A stretch of DNA of 63,210 bases, filler included, from Craspedostauros australis (taxonomy: Eukaryota): assembly GCA_030167865.1 (NCBI GenBank). It is 13 parts of 13 records of this genome, joined end to end, with 100 filler letters (N's around TTAATTAATTAA, not from the genome) between each part and the next. Parts side by side here need not be neighbours in the genome. Positions count along the whole stretch, not along the records: positions 1 to 2,418 come from JALAGF010005552.1; positions 2,519 to 7,565 come from JALAGF010005553.1; positions 7,666 to 28,989 come from JALAGF010005554.1; 10 more parts are not named here. One strand, given 5' to 3'. The notes beneath the pieces are model-generated. The model did no database searches, had not been told where the DNA came from, and saw only the letters and a program-made list of their open reading frames with translations. The first letter of the stretch is position 1; each line of letters opens with the position of its first letter. Shown in pieces: positions 1-12,109 of the stretch. Both the position numbers and the translations under genes were made by a program.

Positions 1-84
1 TGCGGACAAGAACATCCGCAGGTTTGGAAACATCAGAAAGGATCAGAACATCCGCAGGTTTGGAACATCACCAAAGGAGACATC

Positions 85-972
85 TGTTGGAAGGCTCCGC
101 GCACGGAGAATCGGTAGTAGTCAACACTCTTTGTCGAAAGTGTTTCTGTTACTGTTACTGTTGTTGCTATTGATTGTTGGTGAGCGAGCGTGGGGTATGA
201 GATGATCAAGATGCTCTCTTGATCCATCTCTTCCTTGCTCTCATTGCTTGGTGCAATCCTCTTGCACCTCCATGCACATTTCTCTCATGTTGCTCGTTGA
301 TGTTGACTTGATCGTCAACGTTGTCGTTTCTCTCTCGTTGTCTCGTCGTTGTTCCGTTCTCAGGTTTTGTTGAACCTGATGATTTATCGAATCTGATGGA
401 ATATTCACAACATATTTCATTCCTGTAGACCTGGTAGTTAAGATCTTCATGTGACGTCACGTGTGATGGATACTGTGGTATCCCCTGGTATCGCGGTATC
501 CTGGTGTCGTAGTATCGCGGTGTCTTCGTGGTATAGCGATGGTATCGCTGTGACGTCATAGTTTTGTGTCGTGATTCCGCCACCGAATAGTCTAGATGGC
601 GGCAAGCAAGTGTGACTGATGCATACACATCCGAGTACACACATTCCGACAGACATCGGCTATGAGACGATGGTGTCATGAGGATCAACGAAGGAAACAT
701 GAGACAGGCAAGTACTCAGGGCTGCAGATCCCTACCATGCAAACGTAGACAGCTACGGCAATGCAGAGACAAGGAAGCAAGAACAGAGCATGATGAATGA
801 AGAGGGAAGCACCTAAGAGACAACAGGATACCCCGTGTCGTTACCGCGACAGATGCCTGCCAAGAAAACGAAATCGGAAGAGAAAGTGAGATTGTGCTCA
901 CAGTTCTAAAACGGTACAGTTTCTAACAGCAGATTAGAATTTAGGACTAACTATAACCACGGATTTCCAACA
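85..972 (+). mobile_element. LTR-like sequence (TGTTGGAA...TTCCAACA) abutting a transposase
   Basis: 8-bp terminal inverted repeat TGTTGGAA (85) / TTCCAACA (972). Bases ~688-972 align closely with the reverse complement of 32744-33029, and the same GGATTTCCAACA end recurs at 47717. Weak similarity to 58099-58935 starts at base 85. The 3' end is well supported; the 5' end is less certain (no TSD, no clear PPT). Confidence 0.65.
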
Positions 973-2411
973 GATGCAATCGCCATGGTCTTTTCGATGT
1001 GGCACTTGTGGTGCACAGCATGGTCAACAGGCTTAACTCCCATCTGGGGCACATGTNNNNNNNNNNNNNNNNNNNNNNNNNNNNNNNNNNNNNNNNNNNN
1101 NNNNNNCTGGGGCACATGTTTGAGGTTGCGCCAAGCGACAATAGAGTAGAACCACTTCTCGTCCATGTGGACAACAACAACTTGCGTATTCGGGAACCGC
1201 TCAGCTGATTCCCAGAACACACAGAAGTCCTTGGCCCAGATCTCGCGCTTCGTCTTGATGATGCCCTTGATCTTGGGGAGCATTGTTGTAGAACGGTATT
1301 TGCTGCCCTCCAATCCCATCATGTACGTTCGGATGGTGTCTTTGCAGACGCATTGGACGTTGCCCCTTCCTGCTAGTTCGCGTGCAACATCGTCCCACGA
1401 GATTGCGCCATTGCATCGTTGCAACACATCCTGGAGCTCAAATTGCAGGAATGGACCGCGCTCCAACCACGAATCAGACAGAGCTTTTGCGGATGCCAGG
1501 TCTTCAGGAGAAGCATGGTCAAAGGCATCAGAGATGTCATCAGTTGTCAACCATTGTCTTGGATGTTTAAGCTGCATTTGCTTTGCGAAGATGGCACGCG
1601 GCGTGAAGTATTGCTGTTGCTTCTTGAGGCAGGTGAAGATGGTGTTGCCCGCGTCGCTGCGCTTCTTCCGTCCCAGCTTGTTCTGTTGGAAATTCTTGAT
1701 ATTCCGGGCAACAGTGNNNNNNNNNNNNNNNNNNNNNNNNNNNNNNNNNNNNNNNNNNNNNNNNNNNNNNNNNNNNNNNNNNNNNNNNNNNNNNNNNNNN
1801 NNNNNNNNNNNNNNNNNNNNNNNNNNNNNNNNNNNNNNNNNNNNNNNNNNNNNNNNNNNNNNNNNNNNNNNNNNNNNNNNNNNNNNNNNNNNNNNNGCCT
1901 TTCTCCATCTGCTTCGTGAGACAGGCGATGGCTGCTGTCCTGTGCTCTCGTGCCAGCTCGAGAAAAGCCGCGATGTTGGCTTCTTGCGATTCCGTGGTAG
2001 TTGGGGATGGTGTGGGGGGCTTAGCCTTGTTGTTGACATGTGTAGCAGCGACGGAGTGATGCTGGGGAGAAAGGAGGGAAGGCTTAGCAAGGCCACCAGC
2101 ATTGGAGTCCGTGCGAAGGTAGCAAGGCTGTGTGGTGCGCACAGATTCTCACGAACGATGTACATTTGGCGCTGCCCCATCACTGGGGTCACCATGACCA
2201 TCGCCACCTCTCCTGGTGCAAGAGGCTCATTGCGTTTGATTGTAGCGCCGTCCATGGTCTGCTTCATTGCAAACTCAACATGGCATACGCCCAGGTCACA
2301 GATCTTGTCATTTGAGTCAGTGTGAGGTGCCACTTTCACACAATCCCCAGCACGCAACATGCTTGTGAGGTGCAGAGGACAGTGATTGCAGGATGATACA
2401 ACTACGTCCAA
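973..2411 (-). pseudogene. Tc1/mariner-superfamily transposase, plant-mariner (DD39D)-like, truncated by the LTR
   Basis: Motif VVHMDEKWFY followed by HKCHIEKTMAIAS matches the plant-MLE pattern IHIDEKWFY...KVMFLAA. HTH-like segments lie upstream (RKKRSDAG; SWDDVARELAG...KDTIRTY). The ORF runs into the LTR end at 972, so the later catalytic Asp residues are missing. Homology is clear only for ~973-1716. Confidence 0.7.
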
Positions 2412-2418
2412 TGTGGGT

Positions 2419-2518
2419 NNNNNNNNNNNNNNNNNNNNNNNNNNNNNNNNNNNNNNNNNNNNTTAATTAATTAANNNNNNNNNNNNNNNNNNNNNNNNNN
2501 NNNNNNNNNNNNNNNNNN
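2419..2518. other. Artificial scaffold spacer
   Basis: N44-TTAATTAATTAA-N44; the 12-mer has stops in all six frames; identical 100-bp unit occurs 12 times. Confidence 0.97.
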
Positions 2519-2882
2519 GTCTTGGTTGTGTCAGACAGAGATTCAGGAACTCGATTGCGTCAGTCTCTAATCCTGACGTCTTACCTAAGTGGTTCCTCTC
2601 ATCCATATATATCTGGTCTTGCTCCTCTGCTGACGTTCATGCTCTGCTCCTCACGTTCCCGCTGACGTTAGATTCCTCTCGGCTCGTAGATTATTTGTTT
2701 CTGAAGATTCCGAGATTCTTTCGTCATATTCGAGGATTCTGCTGTAAATTTCCGTTTTCGGGTTTGGAACATTTGATCGTGAGAAGGAGTTCTGGACAAA
2801 CAAATATGTGTGAGCAGTCATTTGCGCAACTGTGACCCCTACCGGGTCATACACGAATCTGAATATTCGTCATGTTCCAACA
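2519..2882 (+). mobile_element. Possible 3' part of an LTR
   Basis: Non-coding, TATA-like CATATATAT near 2604, ends in TTCCAACA like other LTR ends here. No second copy in the window to confirm. Confidence 0.3.
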
Positions 2883-3123
2883 TGCAGTGCGGTGGGATGG
2901 CAACCAGTCAAATCCAAATGAGATGGGTCGCAACCAACACAAGCAATCAACAAAGGCAGTCACATTGGTGGCTTCATCGGTGGCTTCATCGTTGTTCGAG
3001 GCATTGGTTCACACCTCAAGTTGGTGCTTGTGATGACAGGCGGACGAGGGTCAGCGGTCTTGCAGATGCCACGACGACGAAAGCAAGCGTGGGTCATGGT
3101 GTACATGGTGGTGATGATGACAG

Positions 3124-3124
<1 letters not shown>

Positions 3125-3151
<27 letters not shown>
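3125..3151. repeat. (CT)n microsatellite
   Basis: Visible dinucleotide run. Confidence 0.9.
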
Positions 3152-3155
<4 letters not shown>

Positions 3156-4147
3156 CTCTGTTTCTGGAGACTTTCATGTTGTTTGCTTCGAATTGATGCG
3201 ATGTTGATGATGGCTGAAGTCGAGTTGTCGGAGGCAGACTCAAGGCTGCGAGACCGTTCAGACCGATGGAAACACTCAACGGCCATTTCGAACCACCTGC
3301 GTATCACCATCATTAGGGAGATATCGCATGTAAAATGAAGCCACCCCTGGAACCTGTCGTGGTGACAACTAGTGGGGAGCTGTCCCCAAATGTTCGCGTT
3401 CGCGTTGGATCTTGGAGGGACTGAAATAATCAAATTAATCGTACAATGACGTCATTAATACTGTCTAGCCTAATCTATGCTGTTGAGTAGCCTTCCTCGG
3501 TGGAAGACTATGACAACAGGAAGTTCCTTCCTCTCCACTTGTTGTTTCCATTCACAGCAAACAAAAATGAATGCTCAACGCTTCCACATGCATGTTCGTG
3601 CTTGTTGGTATCACTGCCTACTGTTCCGTTTNCGTGTTTCTGTCATACAGGTCATATGTAGCACTTGCCTTGTATGTGTTCCCGCTCTAGATTTCCCCAA
3701 AGCACAGCCCCAACCCTCCTCCATCCCCAGACCGCTGCCGCCCCATCCACTGGCAGGCAGAGGTGATCCACGAGCTATGGCACATGATGCTGCAACAGCG
3801 GTCTAGTCGGAACCACGCGCTTCACNNNNNNNNNNNNNNNNNNNNNNNNNNNNNNNNNNNNNNNNNNNNNNNNNNNNNNNNNNNNNNNNNNNNNNNNNNN
3901 NNNNNNNNNNNNNNNNNNNNNNNNNNNNNNNNNNNNNNNNNNNNNNNNNNNNNNNNNNNNNNNNNNNNNNNNNNNNNNNNNNNNNNNNNNNNNNNNNNNN
4001 NNNNNNNNNNNNNNNNNNNNNNNNNNNNNNNNNNNNNNNNNNNNNNNNNNNNNNNNNNNNNNNNNNNNNNNNNNNNNNNNNNNNNNNNNNNNNNNNNNNN
4101 NNNNNNNNNNNNNNNNNNNNNNNNNNNNNNNNNNNTCAAGTTGCCAC

Positions 4148-7100
4148 TCATCCTATTCCCAGCCATGCTGCCATGGCCTGCCGTTCTGCCTGCATAGATC
4201 GAGCCCTGCGTCTGGCCTTCACTGCCACTTGTACCGCCGTCATAGAGTGCACCCACTGCTGCATTTGCAGCTCGGTATCATACTCAATATTCCGGCCGTC
4301 CCTGAGCAGGTGAAGCTCCAATGCCGTCATGTCGCTGCTCGTGCTCTGTTGCATCCATTGCACCTGTCGGCGCAGGTCCTTCATCGTCGGATGCTGATCT
4401 GCGTCATGTACTTTTTCGTTCCTGGCAATCCAAACCGTCCACGGTACTTTCCAGATCCACCGCACCATCTCTCGCGCCCACGCTCTCGCGTCTGGATATA
4501 TGCACTCGTTCGTTGTCATCCACTATGTCTGCTGGCAGATCCAATCCCTATGGATGAAACCAAGCAGGAGGGGGTACCAACCGATGTAACTTTGCAGCCC
4601 GTCCACTCGGAGCTTTCGCCTCCATTTCACCAGCCCCACTCTCATATTTCGCACCAGTCGCNGACATGTGCCTATCCGCACCATGCAGTCGAGAAGTTCT
4701 GACGTAGAGGTCTGCCAGGCTTCCTGGTGTTCGCTACAGCGGAGCACATGCATCGTTGTCTCGTCCTGCTGGCAGAACTGACACTTCGGCGTCTCTCGCT
4801 GACCAACCTGGTGCAGCTTCTTGTTGACTCCGACAAAGCCTGATGACCACTTCGACACGAACTTTGCCACCTCTTTGTTCTTCTTGGCCGCGCGCGTCTT
4901 CTTGTATGTGTACCAGTCCACCTGCGTCAGTTGATCTTCGTCCCACTGGAACTTTGATGCCCAATAGATAGCTGTGTTGGCAGACTGCAGCAGCTTGTGG
5001 AGCTCCTTCGCGTCTACATGCGAGTAGTCGGCGTTGCGGAGACGTAACCTCCATCTGTTCGTAGACGCGTGCCACCTTTTCACCCAACGTTGGCTCTCTG
5101 TCAGGCTCCAGAACTGCTTGGCGTGGTCGTCGACTACTACATTGAGTTTCTTCAGCGTTGTNNNNNNNNNNNNNNNNNNNNNNNNNNNNNNNNNNNNNNN
5201 NNNNNNNNNNNNNNNNNNNNNNNNNNNNNNNNNNNNNNNNNNNNNNNNNNNNNNNNNNNNNNNNNNNNNNNNNNNNGGGCGTAGTCCATCCTCTTGGGCC
5301 TGCAACATCGCCTGCTTGCCGTCAAGTGCAATGGTAATCGCACACGAGGCGTCCAGACCTCGCATCCTGGCTATCACGGTAAGCGACGCCCAGATTCCCG
5401 CGAGTTCGCTTCTGTAAGCACTTTGCACTTCGGACGGGCCCGGGACGAACGTCTGGCACGTCATGCTTGCCGTCGTCGCCTCGTCGTACAGAATAGAAGC
5501 CGCGGTCCCTCTGGAATCTTTGAATGATCCGTCACTCACCACGAGCAGCTGGGATCTCCGTGCAGCGCACTNNNNNNNNNNNNNNNNNNNNNNNNNNNNN
5601 NNNNNNNNNNNNNNNNNNNNNNNNNNNNNNNNNNNNNNNNNNNNNNNNNNNNNNNNNNNNNNNNNNNNNNNNNNNNNNNNNNNNNNNNNNNNNNNNNNNN
5701 AGACACGTTTGGCTCCTGTTGGGAGACTGTCTGCTGTCCCTCGCCAAGAGTAGAGCTGCCTGCGGGTTCTGCTGTTTTGACAAAGCGAATATCGCTGTAG
5801 GGGCTGTGTCCCCGTGTCAAATATATCATGGCCGTAGGTATCCTTCCGCCACTGCCAGGACCCATCGTCGCGGTACCACCTACCGAGCGGCTCGTGTAGG
5901 AGAAGGCCTCGAAAACACATGGACTTGCACCAGTGTTGCCATTCTTGCCACCATCCGCTTGGTAGTCGCTCCAGCTGGTTGGCCCAGCGCTTGGGTATGC
6001 AAGACGCCATGGTGCCGTCGTGAGCCTCGCCGAGTATCCTTGTGCNNNNNNNNNNNNCAATGTCGGACAAGCGTAGCACTCCCAACTTCTGGCGCACCAT
6101 GATCAGGTGACGGAGCTGTGCTCCTTTGATGCTTTGTTCCAGCCAGATATCCGTGAGGAAGCTGTCTCCTTCCCATTGGACCTTTGCTGTCGTCGTCGTC
6201 TCGTAAATCCGGATGCTGGTGTCTTGGAGTTGTTGCCATAGCCCCGTCACCCAGCACTGTGTGGCACAGTGGCCCACACTATCGAAGGGGTACTGGAAAA
6301 TAGATCTGCCCGTTCCCAGCTCTTCCTTGAGTGCCAGAATAGAGCATTCNNNNNNNNNNNNNNNNNNNNNNNNNNNNNNNNNNNNNNNNNNNNNNNNNNC
6401 TTGGGTATGCAAGACGCCATGGTGCCGTCGTGAGCCTCGCCGAGTATCCTTGTGCTGTTGGCCGATACAATGTCGGACAAGCGTAGCACTCCCAACTTCT
6501 GGCGCACCATGATCAGGTGACNNNNNNNNNNNNNNNNNNNNNNNNNNNNNNNNNNNNNNNNNNNNNNNNNNNNNNNNNNNNNNNNNNNNNNNNNNNNNNN
6601 NNNNNNNNNNNNNNNNNNNNNNNNNNNNNNNNNNNNNNNNNNNNNNNNNNNNNNNNNNNNNNNNNNNNNNNNNNNNNNNNNNNNNNNNNNNTCGAAGGGG
6701 TACTGGAAAATAGATCTGCCCGTTCCCAGCTCTTCCTTGAGTGCCAGAATAGAGCATTCAATCATCTTTCCTGTCTGGGTTCCTTGATGCACCTCATCAA
6801 ACGCAAGCTGTATTTGTGAAATCAGCTGGGCGTTGGCCGGGTTATTGATTCCCAACCCGCCAAGCGAGGTTGTGCCGTACACAAGGGCCCGTGGGAAGTT
6901 CCTGGACACTCCCATTTTTGGAAGTGACANNNNNNNNNNNNNNNNNNNNNNNNNNNNNNNNNNNNNNNNNNNNNNNNNNNNNNNNNNNNNNNNNNNNNNN
7001 NNNNNNNNNNNNNNNNNNNNNNNNNNNNNNNNNNCAGGGCATACTCGATCGTCTTCAGGAACCTCAGCGATAGCGCCGACTTAGCGTCTTCCGGTGATAT

Positions 7101-7565
7101 CTGTGCTGTCCGCATTCTTCCTCCAAAATCCTCGGCCTTCGCTCTCATCCTCTGCATCTGCTCTGTCTGGTCGCTGTCGAAATCAATGAACACTCCCAGT
7201 GTGAACAGGGGTTGGTCCATCGTCTTGTAGGGTATCTCTGACCTGACACCGTTTCCGTCCTCGATTTGGATGGCGGTGCGGGTGTCGACGTCCTTCCAGC
7301 CCCACTCGCCTTTGACGAACTCGGGCTGGATGGCCCACCAAACTGACCTAGCAGGAACCAACGCCCCGCCTGTCACTCTCAACAGCCGGCTCCAGTCGTG
7401 GACCATACTCTTGAATGCCTCTGTGTTGGTTCCTTCGCTGCCTGTGACCTCCAGTCGGACCAGATCCATGTCGTCAACAAATGCCAAGCCAAGGATCTCA
7501 ATGACCTCTCCGTTGGGCGTCGTCACTTGGGATGCATGGCCCAACTTGAGCATAGCATTGAACAT
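4148..7565 (-). mobile_element. Non-LTR retrotransposon ORF (RT + RNase H + C-terminal CCHC), Ambal-like; 5' part beyond the scaffold end
   Basis: RT catalytic motif GLAFVDDMDL, thumb region FPRALVYGTTSLGGLGI, RNase H (VVSDGSF...QSAYRSELAG...IALDGK...LNVVVDDHAK), zinc knuckle CQFCQQDETTMHVLRC. One in-frame TAG at 4523-4525, after which the frame continues to 4148. 6400-6769 duplicates 5990-6349 across an N50 gap. Confidence 0.88.
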
Positions 7566-7665
7566 NNNNNNNNNNNNNNNNNNNNNNNNNNNNNNNNNNN
7601 NNNNNNNNNTTAATTAATTAANNNNNNNNNNNNNNNNNNNNNNNNNNNNNNNNNNNNNNNNNNNN
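7566..7665. other. Artificial scaffold spacer
   Basis: N44-TTAATTAATTAA-N44. Confidence 0.97.
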
Positions 7666-7675
7666 GCCACAAATG

Positions 7676-9216
7676 TCAGTTGCCGGAGCCGCTCCTCTTC
7701 GAGTCTCTGCCACCGAATGAGTTGCCAGCTTGGTCGTTGCGTCCTTGGGACTGCTTGGTGAGCTGGTCGACTGTCTGCAACAGGTCTTGCTCACGCTTGC
7801 TCTGCTCCTCGCTCGACGTCTTGAGCTGGCTGATCTGTCGTTTGAGCTTCTTGACCTGGCNTTTGGATGGTGANTTGGTGCCGCCTGGCCTCTTGCCACG
7901 CTGTCTTGGGGGTCTGGCCTTCAGGATCTCGGCATGATATGGCTTGACCTCATCGCTGAACCATTGGCTGCGATCGTACTTCCCGATGTAGATGGAACCG
8001 TCAGTTGTGATAGCTCCTACAGCGGGAGTAGGACCTTCGGCTGTGTAGCGACCGGTGGATGTCGTTTCAGACACGTAGCGGGAGCTCGTCACCGTCGTGG
8101 ACTGCTCTGGGATCTCTTTTGCGAAACAGAGAAGCACCTCCTTGTAATCAGGGACAGCTTCGCCGTATGAGAGCTTGAGGGCGATCTTGAATGGCTGCAT
8201 GCCCGGTGCCAGNNNNNNNNNNNNNNNNNNNNNNNNNNNNNNNNNNNNNNNNNNNNNNNNNNGCCGTATGAGAGCTTGAGGGCGATCTTGAATGGCTGCA
8301 TGCCCGGTGCCAGGATGGATCCGAAGATGGCATCCACAATGTCTTGGTTGTGCATGGGGATGTCGCACTCTTCAAGGGCGTCCACAGCTCGCTGCAGCTG
8401 GGAGGAGAACTTCTCGAAGGAGAAGTTCCTCTTGCTCTGGTAACGCATGGTCGCGATGGTCTTCTTGGCTGTGGACGCTTGCGCGTCGCGGCTGGCCTTG
8501 CTGTCGTAGCGGGCCTGCAGTGCCAGGAAGTCCTTGCGGCCATTGCGCTTGCGGATGGTGGACCGGATGTAGGTGTAGGCGTCTGAGTCTGGCGCCATGT
8601 TCTGCAGGATGACTTGATGCACGGTTGCGGCATCCTGGATGAACTCCTCACCGGTGTGAGGTGCCAGTGCCACCGCATTCTCCTCCCATGTGAGGTTGGG
8701 GTCCCATGCATCAGCCGGTTCCGATCGTATGACATACCAGACAGGGATGCCTCGCATACCAATGATGGACCGCAGGATGCTGTCCAGTCCATTGCCCCAG
8801 CGCTTCCACTCGAGCGACGACTTCAACAGGATGCCGAATGGCTTCCCGATCAATCTGTCGCCCTTTGTGCGTCGATTCTTGCGCTGCTCGATGCGGTCCG
8901 TCGCATCCGCGATGCTGTTGAGGAATGTGGCTTGGCTGGTACCTTCTGCGAAGGCAAACTCTTGTCGGATCCTGTGTTGGTCATCGACCCAGTGCGCCAG
9001 TGATGTCAGCCTCTTCCTGATGGCCCTGTTGATGAGGATGGCGTTGTCTCCTTTCGCAAGTGCATCGCAGGCGTCGTTGATGGTCTTCGCCGTCTCGCCT
9101 CTCATGGTTGCCATTCCCAGTGGATCAGGGGCGAAGGTGTCCTTGACTGCGTCTCTGACTGCAGGGACGCTCAGGCCGCACCACTCGAACATCGTCTGTA
9201 ACGAGATGACCGCCAT
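7676..9216 (-). mobile_element. Ty1/Copia (CoDi-type) Gag ORF
   Basis: Motifs GMRGIPVWYVIR, RNGRKDFLALQARYD, YQSKRNFSFEKF and terminal AGNSFGGR resemble diatom Copia Gag. ORFs 8089-9216 and 7676-8368 join once the ~51-bp duplication around the N50 gap (8213-8262) is removed. Pol would lie beyond the scaffold end. Confidence 0.8.
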
Positions 9217-9358
9217 CTTGTTGGTGGAGCGATGTTGGATGCTGCCAACCTGCTCGCTCGATCCGTTGGTTGATCAACACCAACGTCCCTCTCTCGGTGT
9301 TTTCGGGATGCTTGGCGTTCGTAGCTGCGCGCCGTTCCCGTCTCCTCGTCTGTCTGTG

Positions 9359-9583
9359 TGTAGCACAGCAGGGAAATGATAAACAGAATGAATTCTGATG
9401 CTTGCAAGCTGGTAAGTGCTGCAAAGGAGAGACCTCAAGACACACAGAAGACGATCCTATCTAGCGTTAGTGGCTGTTGTTGTTGTTGTTGCTGTTTCGA
9501 GCTGTGGTCCTCGAAACTGTGTGTTCTCTCCTGCTCTGACAGGATTCTGTTGCTGACACATGCTCACGTACGAAACTGCTACA
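9359..9583 (-). mobile_element. Putative 5' LTR (225 bp) of the 7676-9216 Gag element
   Basis: Perfect 7-bp terminal inverted repeat TGTAGCA...TGCTACA, ending ~140 bp upstream of the Gag ATG. Contains a (GTT)n run at ~9475-9490. No partner LTR available. Confidence 0.7.
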
Positions 9584-12077
9584 CCGTTGGCGCGTAGGAG
9601 TCATTGCACAAGACCAGATGACCGCAACGGTCGACTGACAGACGGTACGACCCGTATGATCCCAAAACTCGTTCTGAAAGAAGAGACAAAACGCATGGCA
9701 ACAAACTCGATTCAATGCGCGGCAACGCACCACCCGAGCAAGTAGGTCGCACGAGCACCTCTCACGGGCATGCGTAAAGATGGACAAGTCGCCCGGCCAT
9801 CACAAATGGTGAAAACAGCCGACGCAACCATGATGTCCCATGGTCCCGTCGCCTCCACGACCCAAGACCAGTACCGCAGCCAGTCTTGTCCCACCGCATA
9901 GTTGATGATCGACCAGAACAATTGAGCAGCGGCGTTTGGTGTCTTGGCTCCTGTCATGGGGACTGCCGTTTGTGCCGATGTGTGTTGTCATCCCTGCGAT
10001 GCTAGTACGTACTGCAGCATTTGGCTTCTCTTGTTGACACACATCATCACGAGGGCGGGGTGGAAGAAGCCAAGAGGGAAGACGATCACCACATCGAAAG
10101 CAATCGTGCCGAACAGCCCCATCGACACAACAGGTGATGAGGGAAGCGCCTTCGGCCAGGGTACTCCATTAGTACGTCACGAGGTACATACTACTAACAT
10201 ACATCACTCCAAGAGACGAGAGGAATTCATCTGTCATCATGCATCCTTCACCGTTCATCGAATTCGGAGCGGGTGTCGATCCACCGAGTTGTTTGCTTCC
10301 TTCGCAACATGGGAGTGCTATCTGCCGTTGTCAGTTGGCGGTGCTATCTGCCATGCGATGGCAACTTGTGAAGGCGGTGACAGAAAGAAGTCTCCCAACA
10401 TGATGCTCAGAACTTGCTGCGAACATTTGAGTCCTTGCGGATACGCACACACGAAACCCTGATCCATCACCCAGAGCACGAGATTGAGTACGGTACGCCA
10501 GTCTCAACTGACGCCCACATCATGTCGAGGAAACGAGAGCTTCCAACCTCGTCTGCTTGCAATTGCATCCCATGCTCATGTTGACATGCTTCTTGTGGAG
10601 AAGTGTAAGATGGTACAATTTGTCATGTTCTCTTCTTAGCTTCACTGCACCAGCGCTCCGCAGCTGCACCATGGGACTGGGTCTTGCAACAGCGTCGACG
10701 GCACTGTCTCCGAACAGATCTGCATGTGGTCGATGCCGTCTGCGGCCGCAAGACGGTTTGGACATGCGTCAGCAACAACTTCTCTTCTCGCAGAGAGCGA
10801 CACTCTTGTTCGTCCTCACTGGAGCCGCCCACTCCCCAGGGAGTGCTCCATGCAGCAACATGAATGTGTTCTGCGTCAGAGCAGCACGGAGAGTCGATGT
10901 TTCCCTTGTTTCTCACACCAAGGCGGATGGGGCATGGCGTCGCGGTACTCGCAGAGAAATGAAAAAGGTGTCTCTCGCGGACGAGGGTGACGAAGGTGAC
11001 GAAGGTTTTAAATTGTGAGAAACGGTGTTGTCTGTGAACCATTCAGGGGCTGGTGGAGGAGGATGTCATTACGCTGTTTGTGCCTTGTGGACAAGGAAGC
11101 GGATGTATCGTGATACAACTTGTGAGCACATTGGTTTACGAGTGGCTTCCACGCCCATTCTTTGGCAGAAAGTCAGCAAAGCGCTGCGTCAGGGCTTGCA
11201 TCGATTGGGGGCAAAGATGGGATTAGCTTTGACCGCCATGCAGTGTTCACAGGTGGGAAAAGAACACAGGTCCCATAAATAGGGACATTTAGTCGCTCAT
11301 TACCAAACACCACCACAACCTCAATCCCGAAAATAACGACTTTTTCGATCGTCACTTTGGTGATTGCGGCACACTTATCCATTGAGTACCATTCGTACAA
11401 TCGGAACTCTTCCACAATAAGGCTGCGCAGCTTCCCAAACCAGCCCGATTCAAATAAAACAGACACTTCAAGGACGTTGTCCGTGTCCATCAATTAAGCG
11501 GGGCAATTTCTGACTTGAACGACAAGCACAGAGAAGTGATAGTCACAACATGAAGTAGAACAGGAGCTTTTGTCTCAGTGGTACAAGCCATGGCACACAT
11601 GAGACAGTTTGCCTTGCTCTTGTTCTTGTGAACGCTTCTCAGCTGGTCCAATTTTCGAGAGGAATGAACACTTGCGAACAGTATCACAGACAGGATAATA
11701 GTTGCGGCGCCATCAGGGGTGGTCTTGGAAACCTGCACAGAAAGTCGTGGGATCACGACATCTCCGTCCTTGTGTTCCTGTGTCCTGTGCAGGGTTCACT
11801 GTCTTGCGCTGTCCTTGCGCCATGCAGCCACCCTTGCCTGAAGACTCGTTGGCAGTGTTGGCAGAGCGAAGCTTCCTGTGCGGCATCCCGCACACATCGG
11901 CGCACATGATGTGTTGTTCATCGTTGCTGTTGCATTCATCTCACAAAAAGGCACTCCACCCCAACTTTACTCATAATCACAATTGCACTCACACTCACAA
12001 CCACAATCACATTCGCACCCACGCAGACATCCACATTAACATTCGCATTCGCACTCATACAGCAAAGAACACGAAAA

Positions 12078-12109
12078 ATGAACATGAACATGAACATGAA
12101 CATGAACAT
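12078..12109 (+). repeat. (ATGAAC)n hexamer repeat at the CDS start
   Basis: atgaacatgaacatgaacatgaacatgaacat gives MNMNMNMNMN. Confidence 0.9.

Noticed and set aside
9..70. Direct repeat AGAACATCCGCAGGTTTGGAA as CRISPR-like
   Set aside because: Only two copies, a very short spacer, eukaryotic TE context and no cas genes.
81..976. 12-bp inverted repeat CATCTGTTGGAA / TTCCAACAGATG as a DNA-transposon TIR
   Set aside because: Other copies end at ...CCAACA with different flanks, so the extra four bases are probably chance.
9600..11900. Short ORFs between the LTR and the TPR-like gene
   Set aside because: No recognisable motifs or consistent frame; a decayed or spliced gene cannot be excluded without homology searches.
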